NCBI GenBank assembly: GCA_963705165.1
Contig: CAVPJD010000012.1
Location: 32,001 to 96,000 of the forward strand
DNA: 64,000 bases
DNA from: an uncultured delta proteobacterium
Lineage (GTDB): Bacteria > Desulfobacterota > Syntrophia > Syntrophales > UBA2192
Direction of reading: 5' to 3'
In this document: in pieces, positions 53,167 to 61,565 of the stretch
Position numbering within the stretch: position 1 is the stretch's first letter
Layout: every line of letters begins with the position of its first letter
Program-made: the position numbers and the translations under genes
Notes under the pieces: model-generated
What the model was told of the DNA's origin: nothing
Databases searched by the model: none
The model's input: the letters and a program-made list of their open reading frames with translations, nothing else

Positions 53167-54273
53167 ATGAACGTAATACGACTTTCCCTTATCTCGCTGA
53201 TACTCTTATTTTTGGCCGTGCCGTACATTGCCGCCGACGAGTGGCGACAGGCGACAGGGCCGCGCACCTGGACCTTTCCCCGGGACCACGGAGCGCACCC
53301 GGAGTTCCGCACCGAGTGGTGGTACTTTACGGGGAATCTGCGCGACGGGGAGGGAAACCGCTATGGCTACCAGCTCACGTTCTTCCGCCAGGGGGTGAGG
53401 ATCAAGCCCTCGGACCCGGGCAACCCCTGGTCGCTGCGCGATCTCTACCCGGCTCACTTTGCAGTCACTGACGTCCGCAACGACAGGTTCCACTTCGCCG
53501 AGCAAATCACCCGCTCCGGCCCGGGGCTTTCCGGGGCCGCAACGGACGGGATGAATGTCTGGAACCTTGGCTGGTCGGCGAAGATTAAGGGGGATCGCAT
53601 CTTGATCCGGGCTCATCACGGCGAGATGGAGCTTACCCTCGAACTCAAGCCGAAAAAACCCCTGATCCTCCAGGGCGAGAAGGGGCTCAGCCGCAAAGGA
53701 CCCGGCAAAGGACAAGCCTCCTACTACTACTCCTTCACGGACCTGGCTACGACGGGGACAATCAGGACCCCCGACTCGCAGATGCCCGTAGCGGTGGAAG
53801 GAGTGAGTTGGTTCGACCAGGAGTTCGGCTCCAATGTCCTTTCCAAGGACCAGGTCGGGTGGGACTGGTTCTCGATCCATCTCTCCGACGGCCGGGACCT
53901 GATGCTCTTTTTCCTCCGCAAGAAAGACGGAACGGTGGAAAAGGAATCCTCGGGTACCCTCGTGGAGCCCGATGGAAGGGCCCGTCACCTGAAACGGGGC
54001 GAGATCAACGTGGAGGTCCTCGGAACCTGGAAGAGCCCCAAAAGCAGCGGCACATACCCCAACCGCTGGCGGTTCCGCATCCCCGCAGCAGGCCTCGATC
54101 TCCAGCTTGCGCCGCTCGTGGCGGCCCAGGAGCTCAACACCTCTGGCTCCACGGGCGTCACCTACTGGGAAGGCGCCGTGGAGGGCATGGGCTCATCGTC
54201 GGGAAAACAGGTCACCTGCGAAGGCTACGTGGAAATGACGGGCTACGCGGGGAGTTTGGGAGGCGTTTTTTGA
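53167..54273 (+). CDS. AttH/CrtC-like lipocalin-fold secreted protein
   Basis: FPRDHGAHP.FRTEWWYFTG, SYYYS, WFDQEFGS, GWDWF, YWEG, GYVEMTGY. Confidence 0.9.
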   Translation: MNVIRLSLISLILLFLAVPYIAADEWRQATGPRTWTFPRDHGAHPEFRTEWWYFTGNLRDGEGNRYGYQLTFFRQGVRIKPSDPGNPWSLRDLYPAHFAVTDVRNDRFHFAEQITRSGPGLSGAATDGMNVWNLGWSAKIKGDRILIRAHHGEMELTLELKPKKPLILQGEKGLSRKGPGKGQASYYYSFTDLATTGTIRTPDSQMPVAVEGVSWFDQEFGSNVLSKDQVGWDWFSIHLSDGRDLMLFFLRKKDGTVEKESSGTLVEPDGRARHLKRGEINVEVLGTWKSPKSSGTYPNRWRFRIPAAGLDLQLAPLVAAQELNTSGSTGVTYWEGAVEGMGSSSGKQVTCEGYVEMTGYAGSLGGVF

Positions 54274-54371
54274 GGAGTATTGGAGTACTGGAATATTGGA
54301 ATAATGGGTACCAGAGAATCTCCGATCCTCCCGAAACCCAATGCTCCATTACTCCATCATTCCATTGCTCC

Positions 54372-55037
54372 TCATCTCAAATCCGCAGGCGGGCGGGCGA
54401 GGCGGTAGAAGCGGATTTGCTCGGCGGGCAGAAGTTTGTCGCCGATCATCACATCACCGATGAACTCGAGCCCTCCGCTCCCCTCCCAGGGAGGGTAAGG
54501 CCCCTTGGCCTGCATGGACTTCGGGTAGTAGAAGTTCACGACCAGCGAGAGGCTGTGCTCCTGCTCCCAGGGGGTCTGGATGAGGGGGTTTCGCTCCCCG
54601 GCCATGGCCTTGCCGGCTGCCGCCACGGCCAGCCGCCAGATCGTACGCTCCTTAGGGCACAGAAAATCCCGGGAGAAGGGGGATCTCGGCGAGACGGCCG
54701 GGTTGAACTGGCCTTTCTTGAAGACGACACCCCGGATGCCGCTGCCGTAAGACTTCTTCATGCTCTCGGAGCGCCCGGCCAGGCGCACGCGGTTGATGAC
54801 CCCCCAGGCGATGGCCTCGTGCACGAGGGCGTCGTCGCCGAAGCCGGTGGAAAGCGCCTCGGCATAGACAAGCCGCGCCAGAAGCTCCTTCTCGGATAGC
54901 TTCGCCTTCGCCGCCACGAACTCGAGCGAGTCCGCAGCATCCCTCGTGAGGCACTGCGGCGCATCCACAGAGGCCCCGCACACGGCCGGGGTGAGGCACA
55001 ACAGGAGGATCAGAAGAATCCGAACAGCATGGGTCAC
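54372..55037 (-). CDS. SleB-like cell wall hydrolase
   Basis: LARLVYAEA, AIAWGVINRV, GVVFKKGQF; signal peptide. Confidence 0.8.
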   Translation of the reverse strand: MTHAVRILLILLLCLTPAVCGASVDAPQCLTRDAADSLEFVAAKAKLSEKELLARLVYAEALSTGFGDDALVHEAIAWGVINRVRLAGRSESMKKSYGSGIRGVVFKKGQFNPAVSPRSPFSRDFLCPKERTIWRLAVAAAGKAMAGERNPLIQTPWEQEHSLSLVVNFYYPKSMQAKGPYPPWEGSGGLEFIGDVMIGDKLLPAEQIRFYRLARPPADLR

Positions 55038-55184
55038 AGCCTGTACTCCATGAATTCGTGCTCGCAGGGCGGCCCTGCGGCAATGCCGGACACTCTTAAA
55101 CGGCTTGCATTCTGCTTCATCAATCGATATTCCGTATCATACCATGACCGGATGGTTTCGGTCTTTCTTTTTCGCGAGGATTCG

Positions 55185-57197
55185 ATGCGCGGTGACGATT
55201 TCTTCCTCAAGATGGCGACGCGCCCGCCCCTGACGAAACTTCATCCGCAGGTGGCCGATTTCCTGAAGACCTATCTGCAGGGCGAAAAGGCCATCCCCTT
55301 CGGCAAGCATTGGGTCATCAACACCCAGTTCCCGCCCTGGCCCGGCCGGGCCTTCGACAACCTGGTCGATCATTTCCTGCACGACGAAGGCCGGCGGCTC
55401 TACTCGGTGACCCTCGCCGTGACAAACCGCTGCCCCTTCAGCTGCTGGCACTGTTACAACGCCGGCAGAAGCCCCGAGGACATCCCCCTTGCCGCCCTGA
55501 AGCGGCTCGCCGCCAGGATCCAGGACCTGGGCGCCGTCATCGTCACCCTGACGGGCGGCGAGCCCCTGCTGAGAAAAGACCTCGCCGAGATCTGCCGCGG
55601 CTTCGACGATCGCTCGTGCATCACCGTGGGTACGACAGGGTGGCAACTCACAAAAAAACGGGCAACGGAGCTTCGCGACAGCGGCGTCTTTGCCGTCGGC
55701 ATCAGCCTCGACAGCGCCGATCGAAACGAGCATAACGGGATGCGCGGCCGCAAAGACGCCTTCGACATCGCCCTGAAGGGCCTGGAGACGGCCCGGGAGG
55801 CCGGCCTGTACCCTTACGTCGTATCCGTCGGCACCCGCGATTTCCTGGAGCGGGAGCGTTTCATGGCCTTCATGCACTTCGTGAAAGAAGCGGGGGCACT
55901 GGAGGTGCACCTCCTGGAGCCCTGCGCGACGGGGCGCCTTGCCGGCCGCAAGGACGTCGCCCTGACGATTGCCGGGCGGCAGCTCATCCTGGATTATCAG
56001 ATGGAGATCTCCCGGCGCGACGACCTGCCGGTCCTGTCAACCTTCACCTACCTGGAGGGCAAGGACGCCTTCGGCTGCGGCGCGGGCCTGACGCACCTCT
56101 ACATCGACGGCAGCGGCGAGCTGTGCCCCTGCAACCTCGTGCCTCTCTCCTTCGGCAATGTCACCCGCGAGCCCCTGGAGGGCATCCTGGAGCGCATGGG
56201 AAGACATTTTGCCCGGCCGCGGCCCGCCTGCGCAGGCCGCACGCTCACCCCGCATGCCGGCGATGGCCCCTTCCCCGTACCGCCGGAGGTCTCCGAGCGC
56301 ATCTGCAGGGATCACCTGCCGCAGAATCATGCGCTGCCCCGCTTCTTCCGGATCCGGAAAGGCTCCCTCGAGACGGCGGGTCGCGAGGAGCTGGCCGAGG
56401 CCTACGACCGGGTGCACACAAGCTACGACGACGCATGGGTTGCCGTGGCCGGCAAGGCCGTGAGGGATCTCGCAGGGCGGCTGGGGCTCAAGGGGTCGGA
56501 GCGGGTCTTCGAGGCGGGATGCGGCTCGGGCTATGGAACGGCGCTGCTTGCCGAAAGGCTCCGCAACGGGGGAAGCGTGACGGCAGCCGACATCTCTGCC
56601 GGGATGCTGGGACAGGCCCGGAAGCGTATCGCGGCCCTCGGGCTCGCTCACGTCGATTTCATCCTGCAGGACGCCGTCGAGGCCCTTTCGCGCACGGAAG
56701 GGATCGACCTGGTTTTCACAACGTGGGTTCTCGGTTACATCGAGCTTGCACCCTTTTTCAAGGCCGCCTCGCATGCCCTTAAGCCCGGAGGGCGTCTTGC
56801 CATCGTCGTACACCGGGAAAACTCGCCGCGTCGAGAGTTCGAGATCTTCTCGGAACTCGTTGCACGCGAGCCCCTCGTGCTGACGAAGCGCATCGCCTTC
56901 GATTTTCCGCGGGACGGGGCCCATCTGCGGGAAGCAGTGGAACAGGCGGGGCTTGAGGTGATCGACGGGTGGGAAGGCAGCGCGGTGTTTCGCTGCCGGA
57001 ACGCACGGGAGGTCCTCGACCATCTCCTGAAATCCGGCGCCGGCACGGTGTTTTATGACGCCATCGATGGCAAGGTGCGGGATCGTCTGACGGGGGAGTT
57101 CCTCTCGATCCTCGGCCGGCGAAACGGCAGGCGCAAGACCTTTGAGGTCAAGCACGACTTTCTGGCCTGCATCGCCCGGAAACGGGGACGTTGTTGA
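55185..57197 (+). CDS. Radical SAM (SPASM/twitch) fused to class I SAM methyltransferase
   Basis: TNRCPFSCWHC, TGGEP, CGAG..YID..G...PC, then VFEAGCGSG, ADIS.GML, LKPGG. Confidence 0.88.
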   Translation: MRGDDFFLKMATRPPLTKLHPQVADFLKTYLQGEKAIPFGKHWVINTQFPPWPGRAFDNLVDHFLHDEGRRLYSVTLAVTNRCPFSCWHCYNAGRSPEDIPLAALKRLAARIQDLGAVIVTLTGGEPLLRKDLAEICRGFDDRSCITVGTTGWQLTKKRATELRDSGVFAVGISLDSADRNEHNGMRGRKDAFDIALKGLETAREAGLYPYVVSVGTRDFLERERFMAFMHFVKEAGALEVHLLEPCATGRLAGRKDVALTIAGRQLILDYQMEISRRDDLPVLSTFTYLEGKDAFGCGAGLTHLYIDGSGELCPCNLVPLSFGNVTREPLEGILERMGRHFARPRPACAGRTLTPHAGDGPFPVPPEVSERICRDHLPQNHALPRFFRIRKGSLETAGREELAEAYDRVHTSYDDAWVAVAGKAVRDLAGRLGLKGSERVFEAGCGSGYGTALLAERLRNGGSVTAADISAGMLGQARKRIAALGLAHVDFILQDAVEALSRTEGIDLVFTTWVLGYIELAPFFKAASHALKPGGRLAIVVHRENSPRREFEIFSELVAREPLVLTKRIAFDFPRDGAHLREAVEQAGLEVIDGWEGSAVFRCRNAREVLDHLLKSGAGTVFYDAIDGKVRDRLTGEFLSILGRRNGRRKTFEVKHDFLACIARKRGRC

Positions 57198-58225
57198 CAA
57201 AGTTGACTAACTCATGCTTCTCGATTCATGATTTTTGACACTCCTGACTTCGAGACGCCCACAAGTTTACCGATGCGTGTCAGTGTCATTCCGGGCTGAT
57301 TTACCAGTTGCAGGACCAGTTGGGCCCGCAGTTTCGCCACATTTGAACGACGGCTACCCGACAGAAGAGCATCCATACTGAGGCCGGCCCTCCCGCAGGC
57401 TTCGAGAATCAGTTCCTCCGGCGATTTTACAACAAGACCCGACGATTTTTTCTTATCCCGGATCAAGCTTCCGACAAACTTTTCACCGCCGAGGACGCGT
57501 CCATCCCTGTCGGGCTCGTCCCGATCTCCCGCGATGCGAAGTCCCTTCAGCCATTCCAGCAAGCTCCAATCCGAGCGCCATTGACACCTTTTCTCTGTTG
57601 CTTCCTCTCGAATTCCACCCTCCAGAAACTCCCGGTAGTTCAGTCTGGCGTCCCTTCTTTTTTCACCAAACCGGGATAATACAAAAAATACATCATGCCA
57701 AGGATATTGGGTTCCGTTCACCACGAAGGCATGCCCGCACCACGGATAATGATCCAGGCAGGCAAGATCATCTACCAGGCCCGCCCTGAGCGGGTTGAGA
57801 TGGATATAACGGATCAATTCCTTGAAATAGACTTCCTCATCGCAAAGAATGGATTTGTAGCGGTTCTGAAAAAGGTAGCCTTGCCTCTCGTGTCGGCGGT
57901 TGTAATAAACGGCGTATCCCGTGAGAAGGCGCCGCATGAACTTCGAGATTCCGAGCGGCCCGCTTCGCATGAGAACATGTGCGTGATTGGGAAGCAGCGC
58001 CCACGCATAGATCGTGGTCTCCGACTCTACGGCCACTTTTGCCATTCGCGAGATGAAATTTCTCCGGTCCCCGTCGTCATCAAAAATCCGCCGCTGCTCG
58101 ATGCCCCGGACGATGGTGTGGTGGATGGCACCTTCTGCGTCCAATCTCGCTTTTCTCGGCAACGGACACCTCTTGCGGCGGCAGGGGCCAACATGAGTTA
58201 GTCAACTTTGTCAACAACGTCCCCG
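57183..58225 (-). mobile_element. RAYT-like HUH transposase element with perfect 34-bp terminal inverted repeats
   Basis: CGGGGACGTTGTTGACAAAGTTGACTAACTCATG (57183-57216) and its exact reverse complement (58192-58225); visibly more AT-rich interior. Confidence 0.88.
57212..58162 (-). CDS. Y1/HUH transposase (RAYT-like) with C-terminal HTH
   Basis: MPRKAR, HHTIVRG, LLPNHAHVL (HUH), FQNRYKS, IRYIHLNP.RAG (catalytic Y), YPW; TTG start. Confidence 0.9.
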   Translation of the reverse strand: MPRKARLDAEGAIHHTIVRGIEQRRIFDDDGDRRNFISRMAKVAVESETTIYAWALLPNHAHVLMRSGPLGISKFMRRLLTGYAVYYNRRHERQGYLFQNRYKSILCDEEVYFKELIRYIHLNPLRAGLVDDLACLDHYPWCGHAFVVNGTQYPWHDVFFVLSRFGEKRRDARLNYREFLEGGIREEATEKRCQWRSDWSLLEWLKGLRIAGDRDEPDRDGRVLGGEKFVGSLIRDKKKSSGLVVKSPEELILEACGRAGLSMDALLSGSRRSNVAKLRAQLVLQLVNQPGMTLTRIGKLVGVSKSGVSKIMNREA

Positions 58226-58230
58226 GTCTT

Positions 58231-58851
58231 TCAACCGTATTTCAGGACGATCCCCTCGATGATGTTGGAGACATCCTCGCAGTTGTCCACGGCGTTCTCG
58301 ACCCGGCCGATGATGTCTTTCACCTTGATCAGCTCGATGGCGTCCTTTTCCTCTTCGAAAAGCCTCGCCATCGCCGCCCGGAAAATCTGATCCCCTTCAT
58401 TCTCGAGCGTGTTGATCTCCACGCACAACTGCAGAATCACCGGCGCATTCTCTTTTTTTCTCACGGCTAAGATGATCTGCTGGATCTTTGCGATGGCTTC
58501 GGTGAGAACCGCCGTGATCTGCACGAGCTCCTTGGCCGGCTCTTTCATCCTGTACAGGTACATCCTCACGGCGGCGCCCTCGATCTCATCGAGGACACTG
58601 TCCATCTTGTTGGCCAGGGAAAAGATGTCCTCCCGGTCCATGGGGGTCAAAAATACCTTGTGCATCCTCTTGTAGACCTGGTGGGTGATGTGGTCGGCTT
58701 CGTGCTCGATTTCCTTGAGCTTGCCGACCTTGAATTCCGAGTACTCGTAGTTGCCGATGATTTCGGTGTAAAGCTTTACCCCCTCTACCAGCTTGTCGGC
58801 CAGCTCTTCGAAGAGGTCATAATATTTTTCACGGCTCGAGAAGAATTTCAT
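58231..58851 (-). CDS. DUF47 phosphate transport regulator (PhoU-like)
   Basis: EHEAD, FLTPMDREDI, ENEGD, D.CEDV.NIIEGIVLK. Confidence 0.92.
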   Translation of the reverse strand: MKFFSSREKYYDLFEELADKLVEGVKLYTEIIGNYEYSEFKVGKLKEIEHEADHITHQVYKRMHKVFLTPMDREDIFSLANKMDSVLDEIEGAAVRMYLYRMKEPAKELVQITAVLTEAIAKIQQIILAVRKKENAPVILQLCVEINTLENEGDQIFRAAMARLFEEEKDAIELIKVKDIIGRVENAVDNCEDVSNIIEGIVLKYG

Positions 58852-58935
58852 CTCTGCTCCTGATTCTATGGAATTGAGGTTCCCCTATATCATAATCCGC
58901 GGCCGCAGGACAGGCAGGAAACCGGAGGAGATCCC

Positions 58936-60237
58936 TCAGCCGCCCATCTTCTTTCCCGTTTCACGATACAAGACATGCTCCAGAAAAAGCACGGCCAGCA
59001 CGCCCATCACGAAGCTGTTACCCGCCACAGGGCGGATGACAGGCGGGTAGGACGCGACCACCTCGCCGGGCAGAAAGGCCACTACGACGGCAACGAGCAG
59101 CGGTATCCCCACCACGATACCGCCGTTGAAGCCGGCGCCCCGTTCGTCCTCCATCAGGACCATGATCCCCGCCGCCATCTGTGCACAGAGGATGTAGAGC
59201 ATGGCGCTGCCGACCACGACGGAAGGCACGGCCTCCATGACCGCGATGGCCGCAGGCGAAAAGGCGACGGCGAGCATCAGAAGCGCCGCCGGCAAGAGGG
59301 CAAAGCGCGACAGGCACCGCGATGATGCCACGACACCGGGACTCAGGGAGTAGTTGACCTGTCCGATGATCCCGAGAAATCCCGCCGCCAGGTTCGCCAG
59401 GCCCGTCACGGCGATTCCCCTCCTGAGCCTTCCTCCCTTGTCGCCATCGCCCACAAAGGCGTTCATCGACTCGATGGAGCCGATGTCATTGATGGCAAGG
59501 GCGATAAAACAGATGAGGAATGCCGCTAGCAGCCCGGGGTCGAAGGAAAGCGACGTTGTGAAGCCGGTGAAGAACAGGCCGAAGAGGGCCCCGGTGCCGC
59601 CGCTCTGCGCCCCGGCACAGCCCAGGCCGAGAACGTACCAGGCGAGCGATCCCGCGACGGTGGCGCTCAGGATCAGCGTCGAGCGCCAGATGCCGCCCAG
59701 GAACCGGTGCAGGACGAGCATCGACAGGCACAGGACGAAGGCAAACAGGACGCTCCAGCGGGGCGTCCCGCCGCCGCCGAAGCCGGTGATCAGCCGGATG
59801 ATCGTCGGCGTCAGGGTAAAGGCGATCAGCAAAAGGACGACGGCCACGACGCGCCGGGTGAACAGGCGGCGAATTTTCCCGAAGAGGCCCGTCCAGGCCA
59901 GGATGAAAAGCCCCAGGCCGCCCAGCAGGATCGCCGTGTATAGCGCTGCCGGCTGAGCGCCGGGACTCGACAGGATCCCGATGAGGATCACCGTCGATGG
60001 GCCGACGATGAGCGGCAGGCCATGCCCCAGGAAAATCTGGATGAGCATGAACAGGGCGGCGACGAAGAACATCTTCTGCAGGTAAATGAGGGGGTCGCAG
60101 GCCCCGGCCGGCCCGACGGTGCAGATGATCTTCCCGAGGATGATGATGGACGGGACGGCCACCGCAAACCACTGCAGGCCCAGGAAAACCCACTCCAGGG
60201 GCGGCGGCCGGTCGTCAAGGCCGTAGCGGAAATTCAT
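58936..60237 (-). CDS. NCS2 xanthine/uracil permease family
   Basis: YGLDDRPP..LGLQW, GHGLP...GPS, NYSLSPGVV. Confidence 0.85.
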   Translation of the reverse strand: MNFRYGLDDRPPPLEWVFLGLQWFAVAVPSIIILGKIICTVGPAGACDPLIYLQKMFFVAALFMLIQIFLGHGLPLIVGPSTVILIGILSSPGAQPAALYTAILLGGLGLFILAWTGLFGKIRRLFTRRVVAVVLLLIAFTLTPTIIRLITGFGGGGTPRWSVLFAFVLCLSMLVLHRFLGGIWRSTLILSATVAGSLAWYVLGLGCAGAQSGGTGALFGLFFTGFTTSLSFDPGLLAAFLICFIALAINDIGSIESMNAFVGDGDKGGRLRRGIAVTGLANLAAGFLGIIGQVNYSLSPGVVASSRCLSRFALLPAALLMLAVAFSPAAIAVMEAVPSVVVGSAMLYILCAQMAAGIMVLMEDERGAGFNGGIVVGIPLLVAVVVAFLPGEVVASYPPVIRPVAGNSFVMGVLAVLFLEHVLYRETGKKMGG

Positions 60238-60372
60238 GCCGCTCCTCTCCTCCCTGGAACTTGACCTTTGCCGCATTGCCGGCCGGGGCCCTTCGGTCGA
60301 AGACACCGATCCCGTCGCCGCCCAAAGAGAACGTGCCCGGCCTCTTGACTCCATGAAATGTGCTGATAACCC

Positions 60373-60403
60373 GAGTTTGTCACCTTTGTCACCAACGTCC
60401 CCG
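60373..60403. repeat. Solo diverged arm of the HUH-element inverted repeat
   Basis: GAGTTTGTCACCTTTGTCACCAACGTCCCCG. Confidence 0.8.
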
Positions 60404-60411
60404 ATCTTTAT

Positions 60412-61098
60412 TCAGTCCAGGGCCTTTCTTGCCGCGGCCACGTCGGCAAGCGCCTCGCGGTCGAGGATGGTGATCTTCTTTCCGCCCACGCGGATCATCC
60501 CGGCCTGCGTCATCTTGCCGAGAACGCGCGACAGCGACTCCCCCGTCGTCCCGAGGAGATTGGCGATCAGCCCCTTCTTGATGTCGAGCTCGAACTCCCC
60601 GGCGCCGCCGGCCAGATCGCTTAAGTGAAGAAGGTAGGCCGAAAGCCTCTCCGGCACCCCGCGCAAGGAGAGGTTCTCGATCGTGGCGGCAAACTCCCTG
60701 AGGCGCCGCGACAGAACGGCCAGCATGCCCAGGGCCAGGGCGGGGTTTTTGCGGATCATGTCGAGCAGGCCATCGCGGGGAATGAACAGGATGCGCCCCG
60801 CCTCGATGGCCTGGGCGTTAGCGGGGTAGTTCCCTCCCTGGAAGACGGGGACCTCGGCGAAGGGCTCGCCGGGGCCCATGATATGGAGGATCTGCTCCTT
60901 GCCGTTGGGCGAGAGCTTGAAAATCTTGACGCGGCCCGCGATGACGATGTTGAGCCCCGCCGCCCGGTCGCCGTCGATGAAGATCATCTCACCGGCCTTC
61001 ACCGGGCGGTCGACGGTGATCTCCGAGAGGGCCGTGAGCTCCTCGACGGGAAGCCCCTGGAAGAGGGGAAGATGGGAGAGAAATTTCAAAATATTCAT
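60412..61098 (-). CDS. hcpR: Crp/Fnr regulator, HcpR-like
   Basis: cNMP-binding fold, GKEQIL..GPGEPFAE, HTH LGTTGESLSR; divergent from hcp. Confidence 0.85.
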   Translation of the reverse strand: MNILKFLSHLPLFQGLPVEELTALSEITVDRPVKAGEMIFIDGDRAAGLNIVIAGRVKIFKLSPNGKEQILHIMGPGEPFAEVPVFQGGNYPANAQAIEAGRILFIPRDGLLDMIRKNPALALGMLAVLSRRLREFAATIENLSLRGVPERLSAYLLHLSDLAGGAGEFELDIKKGLIANLLGTTGESLSRVLGKMTQAGMIRVGGKKITILDREALADVAAARKALD

Positions 61099-61283
61099 GC
61101 GCTCACTGGATCAATTGGTTCTATTGGTTCAATTTAAAGACTGTTCCATTAGTTCGGCACGCCCCAAAAGGCGTGAGTCTTAAGTTTCAAGTTTCAAGTT
61201 TTAAGCATAAAAAAAAGAGTCATTGCGAGCCACGGACCCCGACTTCGTCCGGGGTTATCGATGGAAGAAACAGCCTTCTTCTC

Positions 61284-61337
61284 GTAGGGCCCGATCCCCG
61301 ATCGGGCTTGTTGGGCCGTTCGGGGAACGGCCCCTAC
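61284..61337. repeat. GTAG-class REP doublet
   Basis: GTAGGGCCCGATCCCCGATCGGGC ... GGCCGTTCGGGGAACGGCCCCTAC. Confidence 0.75.
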
Positions 61338-61475
61338 ATTTTTCGACTACGGGTAGTGTTGTTTCTTAGGAGGCATGAAATGACCTGGAATCTCTTATCA
61401 CACACCGCGTACCAGCGCGAACCAATTGAACCAATAGAACGGGTTTTAAGCCCATTTCAATTATATTTCACTTTT

Positions 61476-61489
61476 TTGATCCGAATCAA
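61476..61489. promoter_or_regulatory. FNR-type operator
   Basis: TTGAT-CCGA-ATCAA, 76 bp upstream of the hcp start. Confidence 0.8.
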
Positions 61490-61565
61490 GGAATTCCGGT
61501 TGGATCTGTCGTATTTACCTGTCAAAACACTCACCCGTGCATAAATTGAAGCAAGGAGGCAGTAC

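Noticed and set aside
57183..57216. Tn7/CAST-like ends, from the TGACAAAGTTGA resemblance to TnsB sites
   Set aside because: No TGT terminus with 5-bp TSD and no tns genes; the enclosed enzyme is HUH-type
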